A DNA stretch of 50,285 nucleotides. It comes from Candidatus Eiseniibacteriota bacterium. GTDB taxonomy: Bacteria; Eisenbacteria; RBG-16-71-46. Position numbers and translations under genes: made by a program. The notes beneath the pieces were generated by a model. That model did not search any database, was not told where the DNA came from, and saw only the letters and a list, made by a program, of their open reading frames with translations. Where the stretch lies: contig JBGPFC010000030.1 of assembly GCA_041483195.1 (NCBI GenBank), positions 1 through 50,285 on the forward strand, given 5' to 3'. Below are positions 38,702 through 48,775 of the stretch, one piece after another (position 1 is the first letter of the stretch; each line of letters starts with the position of its first letter).

Positions 38702-39181
38702 ATGGCGCTTCGAGTCGGAATCGGATACGACGTGCACCGCACGAAGAAGGGCAGGCCGCTGGTGCTGGGGGGCGTCACGTTCGAGAGCAAGTGGGGACTC
38801 GATGGCCACAGCGACGCCGACGTGTTGTGCCACGCGATCGGCGACGCGCTGCTCGGATCGCTCGCGCTCGGAGACCTCGGCACCCACTTTCCGCCGGACG
38901 ATCCGCAGTGGAAGGACGCCTCCAGCCTCGATCTGCTGCGCGTGATCCGCGCGCTGCTGCGCGACGCGGGCGCGAGCGTGCTCAACGTCGACACGACCAT
39001 CGTCGCGCAGGAGCCGAAGATCGCGCCGGAACGCGATCGCATGCGCACCCAGCTGGCGCAGGCGCTGTGGATGGACCCGGCGCAGGTCTCGGTCAAGGCC
39101 ACCACCAACGAGAAGCTCGACGACGTGGGCGATGGCAAGGGCATCGCGGCGTGGGCGGTGGTGATGGTCGAGGTGGCATGA
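38702..39181 (+). CDS. ispF: MEcDP synthase
   Basis: GIGYDVH, GHSDADVLCHAI, VSVKATTNE. Confidence 0.97.
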   Translation: MALRVGIGYDVHRTKKGRPLVLGGVTFESKWGLDGHSDADVLCHAIGDALLGSLALGDLGTHFPPDDPQWKDASSLDLLRVIRALLRDAGASVLNVDTTIVAQEPKIAPERDRMRTQLAQALWMDPAQVSVKATTNEKLDDVGDGKGIAAWAVVMVEVA

Positions 39182-39227
39182 GCGGGCGCGGCAGCGGCCG
39201 GCGGCGCGACACGCCGCGGAGTGCGGC

Positions 39228-40664
39228 GTGAGCGTGCGGGTGCGCTTCGCGCCGAGCCCCACCGGCTGGCTGCACGTCGGCGGGGCGCGCACCGCGTACT
39301 TCAACTGGCTGTTCGCTCGCCAGCACGGCGGGGCGTTCGTGCTGCGCATCGAGGACACCGATCTCGAGCGCTCGAGCGAGGCGAGCGAGAGCGGCGTGCT
39401 CGAGGACCTGCGCTGGCTCGGGCTCTCGTGGGACGAGGGGCCGGATCTGGGCGGTCCGCACGGTCCCTACCGCCAGAGCGAGCGGTTGCCGCGCTACCGC
39501 GAGGCCGCCGAATTCCTGGTGTCGAGGGGCGCCGCGTACCCCTGCTTCTGCACCGACGCCGAGCTGGATCTGCGCCGCAAGGCGGCGGCCGCGGCGGGGC
39601 GGCCGCCCCATTACGACGGGCACTGCCGCGCGCTGTCGCCCGCCGCGCGCGACGCGCTGCGCGCGCAGCGGCGTCCCGAGAGCGTGCGCTTCAAGGTCGA
39701 GGCCCGCGAGTGGACGCTCCACGACCTGGTGCGCGGCGAGGTGCGGTTTCCCGCCGGCATGGTCGGCGACTTCGTGGCGCTGCGATCGAACGGGCTGCCG
39801 ACCTACAACTTCGCGGCGGCGGTCGACGACGCGGCGATGCGCATCACGCACGTGATCCGCGCCGAGGAGCACCTGCCCAACACGCCGCGCCAGCTCATGG
39901 TGTACTCGGCGCTCGGCGAGACGCCGCCCGCTTTCGCACACGTGCCGCTCATCCTGAACCCCGACCGCTCGAAGATGAGCAAGCGGTCGGGCGAGGTGGC
40001 GGTCGCGGTCGGCGACTGGCGGCGCGCGGGCTACGTGGCCGATGCGCTGCTGAGCTACCTCGCGTTGCTCGGGTTCCATCCCGGCGACGACCGCGAGATC
40101 CTGAGTCGCGAGGATCTGCTCGCCTGCTTCACGCTGGAGCGCGTTGGCAAGAGCGGCTCGGTCTTCGACGCCGACAAGCTGCGCTGGGTGAACGCGCACG
40201 CGCTTCACCACGCGAGCGGCGCGCAGCTGCGCGCGTGGGGCGGGGCGTTCATGCCCGAGCGCGCGCTCGCGCTGCCGTCCGAAATGCAGGAGCGCTGGCT
40301 CGAGGCGGTGCGCGGCAATCTCGCGACCCTCGCGGACATCGGCTACGAGCTCGCGCCGCTGCTGGACGAATCGCCCTCGCTCGAGCCCGACGCAGCGCTG
40401 GCGCTCGAGCCGGCGCCGGCGCGCGCGCTGTGCTCCGCGCTCGCCGCCGAGCTCGCGCCGCTTGCGTCCTGGAGCGGGAACGCGGTTAAATCCGCGCTTC
40501 AATCGCTGGGCCCGAGGCTCGGCCTCAAGGGTCGCGCGCTGTTTCAGCCGGTGCGCGCGGCGCTCACCGGCCGCACCCACGGTCCCGAGCTGCCGCTCCT
40601 GGCCGATCTGCTCGGCCGCGAGCGCTGCCTCGCGCGGCTCGAACGCGCGGCGAGCGGAACCTGA
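39228..40664 (+). CDS. gltX: Glutamate--tRNA ligase
   Basis: RFAPSPTG.LHVGG, LRIEDTD, ITHVIRAEEH, KMSKR. Confidence 0.96.
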   Translation: MSVRVRFAPSPTGWLHVGGARTAYFNWLFARQHGGAFVLRIEDTDLERSSEASESGVLEDLRWLGLSWDEGPDLGGPHGPYRQSERLPRYREAAEFLVSRGAAYPCFCTDAELDLRRKAAAAAGRPPHYDGHCRALSPAARDALRAQRRPESVRFKVEAREWTLHDLVRGEVRFPAGMVGDFVALRSNGLPTYNFAAAVDDAAMRITHVIRAEEHLPNTPRQLMVYSALGETPPAFAHVPLILNPDRSKMSKRSGEVAVAVGDWRRAGYVADALLSYLALLGFHPGDDREILSREDLLACFTLERVGKSGSVFDADKLRWVNAHALHHASGAQLRAWGGAFMPERALALPSEMQERWLEAVRGNLATLADIGYELAPLLDESPSLEPDAALALEPAPARALCSALAAELAPLASWSGNAVKSALQSLGPRLGLKGRALFQPVRAALTGRTHGPELPLLADLLGRERCLARLERAASGT

Positions 40665-40683
40665 TCGATCGCGAGGAGGCGGG

Positions 40684-41724
40684 ATGAAAGTGGCGCTGCT
40701 GATGGGTGGCCGCTCGGCCGAGCGCGAGATCTCGTTGCGCACCGGGCGCGGCATCGCCCAGTCGCTGCGCGTGCTCGGGCACGACGTGGTCGCGATCGAC
40801 GCAGCCAACGGCCGCCTGCTTCCGGCCGGCGACGAAGATCGCGGGGCGCTCCCCGCCGCCGACGTGCAGCGCCTGCCCGCGGCGTCGACGACCGCGCTCG
40901 CGAGCGCCTCCGCGATCAACGAGGCGGAGGTGGTGCTGATCGCGCTGCACGGCGGCGAGGGCGAGAACGGCACGATCCAGGCGATGCTCGAGCTGGCGGG
41001 GAAGCCGTACACCGGATCGGGGGTGCTCGCGAGCGCGCTCGCGATGAGCAAGGCGACCAGCAAGAAGATCTTCGCGCACGAGAAGATCCCGACCCCGAGG
41101 TGGGTGCTGCTCAGCGCGGGCGACGAGCTGCCGACCGTCGACGCCTCCGCGCTCGGAGGCTACCCGCTGGTGGTGAAGCCGAACGCCGAGGGCTCGACGG
41201 TCGGGCTCACCATCGTCACCGACGCCGCCGCGCTGCCCGATGCGATCGGGCTCGCGGCCGAGTACGGGCCGGAGGTGCTGGTCGAGCAGTTCATCCCGGG
41301 ACGCGAGCTCACGGTCGCGGTGCTGGGGGACGAGGCGCTGCCGATCGTCGAGATCCGCCCGAAGGGCGGGCATTACGACTTCACGTCGAAGTACACGGCG
41401 GGCATGAGCGAATATTTCTGCCCGGCCGAGCTGCCGGAGTCGCTCGCCGCGCGCATCCGCGCGCTGGGCGTGCGCGCCGCGAGGTGTCTCGGATGTCGCG
41501 GCATTTCGCGCGTCGATTTCCGATTGGACCCATCGAACGAACCCTGGTGTCTCGAAGTCAACACCATCCCCGGGATGACGCCTACCAGTCTGGTGCCGAT
41601 GGCGGCGAAGGCCCGCGGGATCTCGTACGACGAGCTGGTGAGCCGCATGCTGGATCTCGCGATGGCGGAATGGCGGCGCCGCCGCATTCGCACACCCATG
41701 CCCGGCGAGCGCACGCGGGCCTGA
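40684..41724 (+). CDS. ddl: D-alanine--D-alanine ligase
   Basis: GGRSAEREISL, ALHGGEGENG, YDFTSKY, LEVNTIPGMT. Confidence 0.96.
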   Translation: MKVALLMGGRSAEREISLRTGRGIAQSLRVLGHDVVAIDAANGRLLPAGDEDRGALPAADVQRLPAASTTALASASAINEAEVVLIALHGGEGENGTIQAMLELAGKPYTGSGVLASALAMSKATSKKIFAHEKIPTPRWVLLSAGDELPTVDASALGGYPLVVKPNAEGSTVGLTIVTDAAALPDAIGLAAEYGPEVLVEQFIPGRELTVAVLGDEALPIVEIRPKGGHYDFTSKYTAGMSEYFCPAELPESLAARIRALGVRAARCLGCRGISRVDFRLDPSNEPWCLEVNTIPGMTPTSLVPMAAKARGISYDELVSRMLDLAMAEWRRRRIRTPMPGERTRA

Positions 41725-41748
41725 CCGACCCACTCTTCAGGAGATTTC

Positions 41749-42807
41749 ATGGACGCCACGCTGGAGTTTCTCAGGGACCTGGTGGATGCCCACGGCGCAC
41801 CCGGGTTCGAAGCCGATGTCGCCGTGGTGATGGAGCGCTACCTGAAGGGCCTCGGGCCGATTTCCAAGGACCGCCTGGGCAGCTTCGTGCTCGAGAAGAA
41901 GGGCGGCGCGGGACCGCGCGTGATGCTCGCGGGCCATCTCGACGAAGTGGGCTTCATGGTGAAGTCGGTGACCAAGGAAGGGTTCATCAAGTTCCTGCCG
42001 CTCGGCGGCTGGTGGGGTCACGTCGTGCTCGGCCAGCGGCTCATCATCAAGACCCGCAAGGGCGACGTGGTCGGCGTGGTGGGCTCCAAGCCTCCGCACG
42101 AGCTTCGCGAAGAGGACCGCAAGAAGGTGCTCGAGGTGCGCGAGATGTTCATCGACGTGGGCGCGGCCTCGGACTGGGACGTCAGGAAGAAGCTCGACAT
42201 CCGTCCCGGTGATCCGATCATCCCCGACTCGAAGTTCACCGTGATGGCGAATCCCAACCTGTTGCTCGCCAAGGCGTGGGACAACCGCATCGGCTGCGCG
42301 CTCGCGGCCGAGACCGCGAAGCGTCTGGCGGGGGAGAAGCACCCGAACACGCTGTTCGCGGTGGCGACGGTGCAGGAGGAGGTGGGGCTGCGGGGCGCGC
42401 AGACGTCGGCGTTCAAGGTGCAGCCCGACGTCGCATTCGCCCTGGACGTTGGCATCGCGCACGACACGCCCGGCACCGAGGGCGACGAGAAGCTGGGGGG
42501 CGGACCGCTGGTCGTCGTGTACGACGCGACCTCCATTCCGAACCGCCGGCTGCTCGACCTCGTGATGGACACCGGCGCGAAGCTCAAGCTGAAGCTCCAG
42601 TACGAGTCGGTCGAGCGCGGCGGGACCGACGCCGGAAAGATCCACGTCACCGGGCAGGGCGTGCCCTCGATCTCGATGGGCGTGCCCGCGCGCTACATTC
42701 ACAGCCACGTCAGCATCATCGATCGCCGTGACTACGAGGCCACGGTGAAACTGCTGGTGGCGCTGGTGAAGCGGCTGGATCAGAAGACGGTCGAGAAGCT
42801 GACCTAG
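41749..42807 (+). CDS. M42 family metallopeptidase
   Basis: GHLDEVG, KAWDNR, QEEVGLRGA, GGTDAG, RYIHSH. Confidence 0.94.
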   Translation: MDATLEFLRDLVDAHGAPGFEADVAVVMERYLKGLGPISKDRLGSFVLEKKGGAGPRVMLAGHLDEVGFMVKSVTKEGFIKFLPLGGWWGHVVLGQRLIIKTRKGDVVGVVGSKPPHELREEDRKKVLEVREMFIDVGAASDWDVRKKLDIRPGDPIIPDSKFTVMANPNLLLAKAWDNRIGCALAAETAKRLAGEKHPNTLFAVATVQEEVGLRGAQTSAFKVQPDVAFALDVGIAHDTPGTEGDEKLGGGPLVVVYDATSIPNRRLLDLVMDTGAKLKLKLQYESVERGGTDAGKIHVTGQGVPSISMGVPARYIHSHVSIIDRRDYEATVKLLVALVKRLDQKTVEKLT

Positions 42808-42910
42808 CGCGGCGCGCGAAGACGACGGGCGGGGGATCGCGGCGACCGCGGACCCCCGCCCGCGCGCCCCGGCTTGGCAAACGAGCCAAAATCCTCTTTC
42901 ATCTGCCGCC

Positions 42911-43810
42911 ATGACCCCGCTCCACATCGTGCTGCTCAAGCCCATGCTGCCCGAGCCCGATCGGCTCTCCGACATCGGGATCCGCATCGGGCTCACGATC
43001 GCCGTCGCGTTCGTGGTCCAGCGCCTGCTCTTCCTGCTGGTCGGGCGGATCGAGAAATTCCTGATCCGGTCAGGCCATGGCAGCGCGCAGGTGGAGCAGC
43101 GCGCGCACACGCTTTCGCAGATCTTCCGCAGCCTGATCACGGTGGTCGTGATCGCCGGCGCGATCATCCACTCGCTCGCGGTGATGGGCTGGAACGTCGG
43201 GCCGCTGCTGGCCGGCGCCGGCATCCTCGGCGTCGCCCTTGGATTCGGGGCGCAGACGCTGGTGCGCGACGTGATCGCCGGCGTGTTCATTCTCGCCGAA
43301 GACCAGTTCTCGGTCGGCGACCTGATCGAGCTGGACGGCAAGGCCGGAACGGTGGAGGCGCTCACCGTGCGCTGCACGACGCTGCGAGATTTCTACGGCT
43401 ACGTGCACTTCGTTCCGAACGGCGAGATGAAGATCGTCGTGAACCGCAGCCGCGGCTGGAACCGTCTCGCCGTGGACGTGCAGATCGCCCCCGATCAGGA
43501 CATCGACCGCGCGCTCGATGCGTGCCGCCGCGCGGCGGACGCGCTGAACGCCGATCCCGAGTGGAAGCCGCGGCTGCTCGATCCGGTGGAGGTGTGGGGG
43601 GTGGAGTCGCTGGGCGCGCAGGGCGCGCAGGTCCGGCTGGTGGTGCGCTCGCGGCCCGGCGGCGGCGCGGCCGAGGCCTCGCGCGCGCTGCGGCGGCTCG
43701 TGCATCGCGCGCTCGCGGAGGCCGGGGTGCGCACGGCGGTCGCTCCCGAAATCTCGATCACCGCGCTGGGCCCGGCCGAGGCGCCGATCCGCGGCTCGCG
43801 CGCGGGCTAG
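42911..43810 (+). CDS. MscS family mechanosensitive channel
   Basis: GAGILGVALGFGAQTLVRD..G.FIL.EDQFSVGD, VPNG. Confidence 0.93.
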   Translation: MTPLHIVLLKPMLPEPDRLSDIGIRIGLTIAVAFVVQRLLFLLVGRIEKFLIRSGHGSAQVEQRAHTLSQIFRSLITVVVIAGAIIHSLAVMGWNVGPLLAGAGILGVALGFGAQTLVRDVIAGVFILAEDQFSVGDLIELDGKAGTVEALTVRCTTLRDFYGYVHFVPNGEMKIVVNRSRGWNRLAVDVQIAPDQDIDRALDACRRAADALNADPEWKPRLLDPVEVWGVESLGAQGAQVRLVVRSRPGGGAAEASRALRRLVHRALAEAGVRTAVAPEISITALGPAEAPIRGSRAG

Positions 43811-43858
43811 AGGATCCGCCCGCCGGCTTCCCCCGGTCCCGCACTCAAGGAGATCGCA

Positions 43859-45250
43859 TTGCCGCTTCGCATCTACGACACCCTCGCCCGCGAGAAGCGA
43901 ACGTTCGTCCCGGTCGTCCCCGGGCGCGTCGGCATGTACGTCTGCGGGATGACCGTGCAGAACCGGCCTCACGTCGGGCACGTGCGCGCCTCGCTCTCGG
44001 GGGAGATCATGCGCCGCTACCTGGAGCGCCTCGGCTACGAGGTCGCGTACGTCTACAACTTCACGGACGTCGACGACAAGATCATCGAGCGCGCGGCCGC
44101 CGAGGGCGTCCCCTGGCAGCAGGTGAGCGAGCGCAACATCGACGCGTACTTTCGCGCGGCGGACGCATGCAACATCAAGCGCGCGACCGTGTATCCGCGC
44201 GCCACGCAGCACATCGCCGAGATGCACGCGATCATCGCGCGGCTGATCGAGAAGGGACACGCGTACGCGGCAGGCGGCGACGTCTACTTCGACGTCCGCA
44301 GCCGCGCGGACTACGGCAAGCTCTCGGGACGCCGGGTGGACGAGATGCGCGAGGGCTACCGCATCGAGCCGGGGGAGGCGAAGCGGGACCCGCTCGACTT
44401 CGCGCTGTGGAAGGGCACCAAGCCGGGCGAGCCCTCCTGGGAGTCGCCGTGGGGACCGGGCCGGCCGGGCTGGCACATCGAGTGCTCGGCGATGGCGATG
44501 AAGTACCTGGGAGAGACCTTCGACATTCACGGCGGCGGGCAGGACCTCATCTTCCCGCACCACGAGAACGAGATCGCCCAGAGCGAGTCGTTCAGCGGGA
44601 GGCCATTCGCGAACTTCTGGACCGAGAACGGCATGGTCAATCTCGGCGGCGAGAAGATGTCGAAGAGCACGGGCAATCTCTTCTTCACGGACGACATCCT
44701 CGCGAGCGCGGATCCCGAGGTGGTGCGCTTCTACCTGCTCTCGACCCACTACCGCAGCCCGATCGATTTCACGCTCGAGCGTCTCGCGGAGGCCGCGGTC
44801 GCCTATCAGCGCCTGATCGTTCCGCTCGAGCGCGCCGAGGCGTGGACGGCGCAGGAGGGCGGCGCGGTGGGAGGATCGCTGGGCGAAGCGGTGGCCGGGG
44901 CGGAGCGACTGTTCGCCGAGTCCATGGACGACGACTTCAACAGCGCGAAGGCGATCGGTCACCTGTTCGATCTCGCTCGGGAGGTGAACCGCGCGCTCGA
45001 CGAAGGGCTGGGCTCCGAGGCCCGGGCGGCCGCCCGCCATCTGCTCGCCCTCGGCGGGGTGCTGGGTCTGTTCTGGAAGCCGCGGGCCGCCGAGCAGTGG
45101 GACCCCGAGCTGGTGGCGCTCGCAACGGCTCGCGAGGCGGCGCGGAAGGGTCGTGACTGGAAGCGGGCCGATGCGATCCGGGATCAGCTCGCCGAGCGCG
45201 GGGTGACGGTCGAAGACGGACCCGATGGCCCTCGGCTCCGGCGGAAGTAG
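43859..45250 (+). CDS. cysS: Cysteine--tRNA ligase
   Basis: [39 protein letters not shown] start after AAGGAG. Confidence 0.97.
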   Translation: MPLRIYDTLAREKRTFVPVVPGRVGMYVCGMTVQNRPHVGHVRASLSGEIMRRYLERLGYEVAYVYNFTDVDDKIIERAAAEGVPWQQVSERNIDAYFRAADACNIKRATVYPRATQHIAEMHAIIARLIEKGHAYAAGGDVYFDVRSRADYGKLSGRRVDEMREGYRIEPGEAKRDPLDFALWKGTKPGEPSWESPWGPGRPGWHIECSAMAMKYLGETFDIHGGGQDLIFPHHENEIAQSESFSGRPFANFWTENGMVNLGGEKMSKSTGNLFFTDDILASADPEVVRFYLLSTHYRSPIDFTLERLAEAAVAYQRLIVPLERAEAWTAQEGGAVGGSLGEAVAGAERLFAESMDDDFNSAKAIGHLFDLAREVNRALDEGLGSEARAAARHLLALGGVLGLFWKPRAAEQWDPELVALATAREAARKGRDWKRADAIRDQLAERGVTVEDGPDGPRLRRK

Positions 45251-45447
45251 CTGGGGCCCAAGCCACTCGACCGTTTCGCCCGATGGGCCGGAGCGCGTCG
45301 TCGTCGTCGCCGCTCCCGCTCCCGGCCGGACCGTTCGATCCTCGCGAGATGCCGGCGCCGGGATCGCGTCGCGCGGGTCCCCGGGCTCGGCTCCCGCGAG
45401 CGGTCCCTCCATTGGAACCCGGCCCCGTCCGGATGGGTAACTAATCC

Positions 45448-45477
45448 TTGACCGGGGTTCCCCGGCAGGCATAGCCT
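45448..45477 (+). promoter_or_regulatory. Putative sigma70 promoter for the small protein/activator pair
   Basis: TTGACC-N18-TAGCCT. Confidence 0.4.
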
Positions 45478-45630
45478 CAATGTGCGATCGGGCGTCGGCG
45501 TGCCAGGCCGAGAGGGATATCACCCCGTATCCAGCATCGCTCCCTCTGGCTTGCTTGACCGATGCCATCGTGCGTTTTTGGGGGCAGGTTGATCTGCTCC
45601 CGTGACCAAATAGGGACAGGAAGGAAAGTC

Positions 45631-45984
45631 ATGCCTCGATTCAATGCGAATCGCTGGTGGGCCTTCATCCTGGCGCTGAGCGTCAGTTTGACGTCCATCG
45701 CCGCGATGTCGCGACATGCGATTGCTGGCGTCCGCATGGGCGAAGGCGGCGGCGGAACAATCACGACGGGTGATCCCGGCTTGCCGCCCCCTCCGGGGGC
45801 GGGCGATCCCGACATTCCTTTGCCTTCGAAGTCTTCGATCCCAAAGGTGTCGGCTCAACGGGGTGCTCAGACCATCGCTTCGGTGCGCGCTGTGGGTGAC
45901 GGCTCCGCGCCGAGCAGCAGCGTCATGATGTGGCGTCTCCAGGCCGTGCTGCAGAGCCTGAGGCTCTGGTTCGTTCGCTTCTAG
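45631..45984 (+). CDS. Small secreted Gly/Pro-rich protein (candidate signalling pre-peptide)
   Basis: AGGAAGG RBS; signal peptide ending AIA; GDPG/GDPD motifs; amphipathic C-terminal helix; 117 aa. Confidence 0.75.
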   Translation: MPRFNANRWWAFILALSVSLTSIAAMSRHAIAGVRMGEGGGGTITTGDPGLPPPPGAGDPDIPLPSKSSIPKVSAQRGAQTIASVRAVGDGSAPSSSVMMWRLQAVLQSLRLWFVRF

Positions 45985-46011
45985 GTTCTGCATGATCGGC
46001 GTAGTAGAAAC

Positions 46012-48438
46012 GTGGACCGGAGTTTCGGCGTGCCGAACTACGACCCGAATCGCATCGCACATCTCGAGGGGCGCCTCGCCGTAGTTCCCGAGGCGGCATT
46101 CGAGACCGCGCTCTCTGAGCTGGAGATGCTGGCGGACCTGTACATGCAGGCCGACAGCTATCTCCCCGCTCTGGAGACCATCGAGCGTCTGCTGTCGCTG
46201 CCCGCCGCGCGCACGCTTTCGTTCACGCGTCGCGCGGCGCTGGAGAGCAAGGCGGTCTCCTGCCGACTCGCGCAGGGGGACTGCCAGGCCGCGCTCGCCC
46301 AGTGCCGCGACCTGCTCCAATCCGAATCCTCGATCGAATCCATTCCGATCCGAGCCCGGTTGCATCTGCTGTGCGCCGATGCGCTCTTCATGCTGAGCCG
46401 GCTGGCCGACAGCCGGCACCACGCCGAGCGCGTGCTCACGATGGCGGACGCGAGCGGCGATCTGGTGCTGTCCGCCGCCGCGCTCAATCATCTCGGCCGC
46501 ATCACGTATCGCGAGGGCGAGCTGCTGCGCGCGCGGGACCTGTACGAGCAGGCGCTGGCGCTCTATCGCAGACTGGGCGACGAGTTCAGCGCGGCACGGG
46601 TGCGGAACAACATCGGACTCATTCAGAAGAATCTCTGCGAGTGGGACTCGGCGATCGCGCACCTGACCTCCGCGCTCGAGATCTTCCGCAAGCTGGGGCG
46701 CCTGCCGGAGACCGGCCCCGCGCTCATGAACCTCGGCATCGTCTACCAGAAGAGCGGCGACTGGGTGCGGGCCGACGAGTGTTACCGCGGCGCCGAGGAG
46801 GTATTCCTTCAAATTTCCGACCACCTGCACCTGGCGCAGGTGGGCATCGGGCGCGGCAACGTGGCGCGCCTGCAGCGCCGCTTCGTCGACGCGGAGACCG
46901 CGCTGTTCGCGGCCCTCGACCGCGCACGCTCCCACGACGCGCAGCGCGAAGAGGTGCTGGCCCTGGAATTTCTTGGCGAGCTCGACGCCGATCGCGGCCG
47001 GCCGGAAAGCGCGCTCGCGCGCTATCACGAGGCGCTGGCGCTGGCGGAGCGGGTCGCGCCCGAGGGCGACCTGGTGGTGGAGCTGGAGCGCCGCCGGGCC
47101 GAGGCGCTGTGCGTGCTGCAGCGGCTCGACGACGCGGATCATGCCTGCGAGCGGGCGCGTCGGCTCGCGCGTCGCACCAACGATCGCCTCGAGAACGCGG
47201 TGAGTCACCGGGTGGCGGGTGAGATCGCATGGGCCAGGGGCCGTCGCGACGAAGCCGTGCAGAGCTGGAAGATCGCATCCTCGCTGCTCATGGACTGCCG
47301 CGAGCGCCTCGAGCTGGGGCGCACGCAGATGCTGCTGGGCCGCTCGAGCGGGGACCCTGCGGAAGCGCGGCGCCATTTCTACCGTGCGATCTCGTTGTTC
47401 GCGGAGCTCTCGACCCCCTACTGGATCGAGCAGGCGGAGTCCGAGCTGCAGCGCCTGATGGGCGCCCCCGGCGATCCCGCCCCGGTGCGCCCCGCGTCGC
47501 TGCTCGGCCGCCGGCACCGCGCGCCGAGCCTCGTTGCCTGCTCCCACGCGATGCGCCTGGTCGAGACCATGGCGCGCCGCGCCGCGAGCACGGAGCTTTC
47601 GGTCCTCATCACCGGCGAGACCGGGACCGGGAAGGAACTCGTCGCGCGCACCATTCACGTGCTTTCGCCGCGGGCGCCGCGACCGTTCCTCGCCGTGAAC
47701 TGCGGCGCGCTCCGCGCCGATCTCGCGCTGTCGCAGCTGTTCGGCCATCGCAAGGGGGCATTCACCGGCGCGCATGCCGAAGGCGTGGGGCTGGTCGAGG
47801 CCGCGCACTGCGGCACCCTGTTCCTCGACGAAGTGGGCGAGCTGCCGCACGACGTGCAGGTCACGATGCTGCGTTTCCTCGAGAGCGGCGAGTATCTTCG
47901 CCTCGGCGAGACGCAGGTGCGCCGCGCCGATGTGCGCGTGATCGCGGCGACCAATCGCGAGCTGAGGAGCGACGACGGCGAGCGGGCGTTCCGGCGCGAC
48001 CTGCTCTATCGCCTGAACGAGATCGAGATCCGGTTGCCGTCCCTGCGCGAGCGCGCCGACGACATCGCGCCGCTGGCGCGTCACTTCCTCGCGTTCTACG
48101 GCGGGCTCGAGGGACCGCAGCTCTCGCCCGACGCGGAGAGCGTCCTGCTCGCGTACGAGTGGCCGGGCAACGTCCGCGAGCTCGAGAACGTGATGAAGCG
48201 CATCGCGGCGCTGCACGCCGGGGACCGCATGCTCTCGGGCGCCGACCTGGTGCCGTTCCTCTCGAACGAGCGCAGCGCGCGTCCCGCGTCGTCCTCGGCG
48301 GAGCCCGACGAGCGGGCCGCGATCCTCGCAGCTTACGCGGTGTCGCACGGCAACAAGAGCCGGCTCGCCGCGCTGCTCGGCGTCAGCCGGAAGACGCTCT
48401 ACGCGCGGCTCAAGCGCTACTCGATCGATCTCCCCTGA
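46012..48438 (+). CDS. TPR-domain sigma54-dependent enhancer-binding protein
   Basis: Long N-terminal TPR array; GETGTGKE, intact GAFTGA, LFLDEVGE, WPGNVRELEN; Fis-type HTH; no receiver domain. Confidence 0.94.
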   Translation: MDRSFGVPNYDPNRIAHLEGRLAVVPEAAFETALSELEMLADLYMQADSYLPALETIERLLSLPAARTLSFTRRAALESKAVSCRLAQGDCQAALAQCRDLLQSESSIESIPIRARLHLLCADALFMLSRLADSRHHAERVLTMADASGDLVLSAAALNHLGRITYREGELLRARDLYEQALALYRRLGDEFSAARVRNNIGLIQKNLCEWDSAIAHLTSALEIFRKLGRLPETGPALMNLGIVYQKSGDWVRADECYRGAEEVFLQISDHLHLAQVGIGRGNVARLQRRFVDAETALFAALDRARSHDAQREEVLALEFLGELDADRGRPESALARYHEALALAERVAPEGDLVVELERRRAEALCVLQRLDDADHACERARRLARRTNDRLENAVSHRVAGEIAWARGRRDEAVQSWKIASSLLMDCRERLELGRTQMLLGRSSGDPAEARRHFYRAISLFAELSTPYWIEQAESELQRLMGAPGDPAPVRPASLLGRRHRAPSLVACSHAMRLVETMARRAASTELSVLITGETGTGKELVARTIHVLSPRAPRPFLAVNCGALRADLALSQLFGHRKGAFTGAHAEGVGLVEAAHCGTLFLDEVGELPHDVQVTMLRFLESGEYLRLGETQVRRADVRVIAATNRELRSDDGERAFRRDLLYRLNEIEIRLPSLRERADDIAPLARHFLAFYGGLEGPQLSPDAESVLLAYEWPGNVRELENVMKRIAALHAGDRMLSGADLVPFLSNERSARPASSSAEPDERAAILAAYAVSHGNKSRLAALLGVSRKTLYARLKRYSIDLP

Positions 48439-48454
48439 GGCGCTGACTTTCTTT

Positions 48455-48496
48455 CGGCGAGGGCGGAAGCGGTTGCTTCCGCCCTCGCCGCATTTT
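48455..48496 (+). terminator. Intrinsic terminator
   Basis: 16-bp perfect stem CGGCGAGGGCGGAAGC-GGTT-GCTTCCGCCCTCGCCG followed by CATTTT. Confidence 0.8.
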
Positions 48497-48521
48497 CAGC
48501 GCTTCGAGCGGCGCACGCGAC

Positions 48522-48632
48522 GGTGACCCCATGTCACCCTGTTACCCGACCGTAACAGGATCCCTATCCCGCTCGCGGGCCTCGAGTAAGCGCGAAGTTC
48601 GACGGCGTGGGGCTGTTAACCTCGCGGTGACA
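48522..48632. promoter_or_regulatory. Putative upstream activator (enhancer) sites
   Basis: GGTGAC-N5-GTCACC (48522-48538), CCTGTTAC-N6-GTAACAGG (48538-48559) and TGTTA-N9-TGACA (48614-48632). Confidence 0.55.
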
Positions 48633-48749
48633 CTTCTGCCTCCGAGTCGAATCCGGCTCACTCCCCCCGATGATCGAGGCGCGTGAAAGGCATTGTGCCG
48701 CAATGCATCGGCGGCCATTCGACCCGCGCACCGCGAGACGGGGTCACGC

Positions 48750-48765
48750 TGGCATGCAGGGTGCA
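48750..48765 (+). promoter_or_regulatory. Sigma54 (-24/-12) promoter
   Basis: TGGCATGCAGGGTGCA: GG at 48751-52, 10-nt spacer, GC at 48763-64; close to the TGGCACG-N4-TTGC consensus. Confidence 0.7.
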
Positions 48766-48775
48766 ATGGGAATGT

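Noticed and set aside
45520..48348. Long antisense or alternative-frame ORFs (also 30597-33248, 9847-12306, 43070-45568, 14924-17443)
   Set aside because: Shadow ORFs expected at very high GC; they overlap well-supported genes and are Arg/Ala/Gly-rich without motifs.
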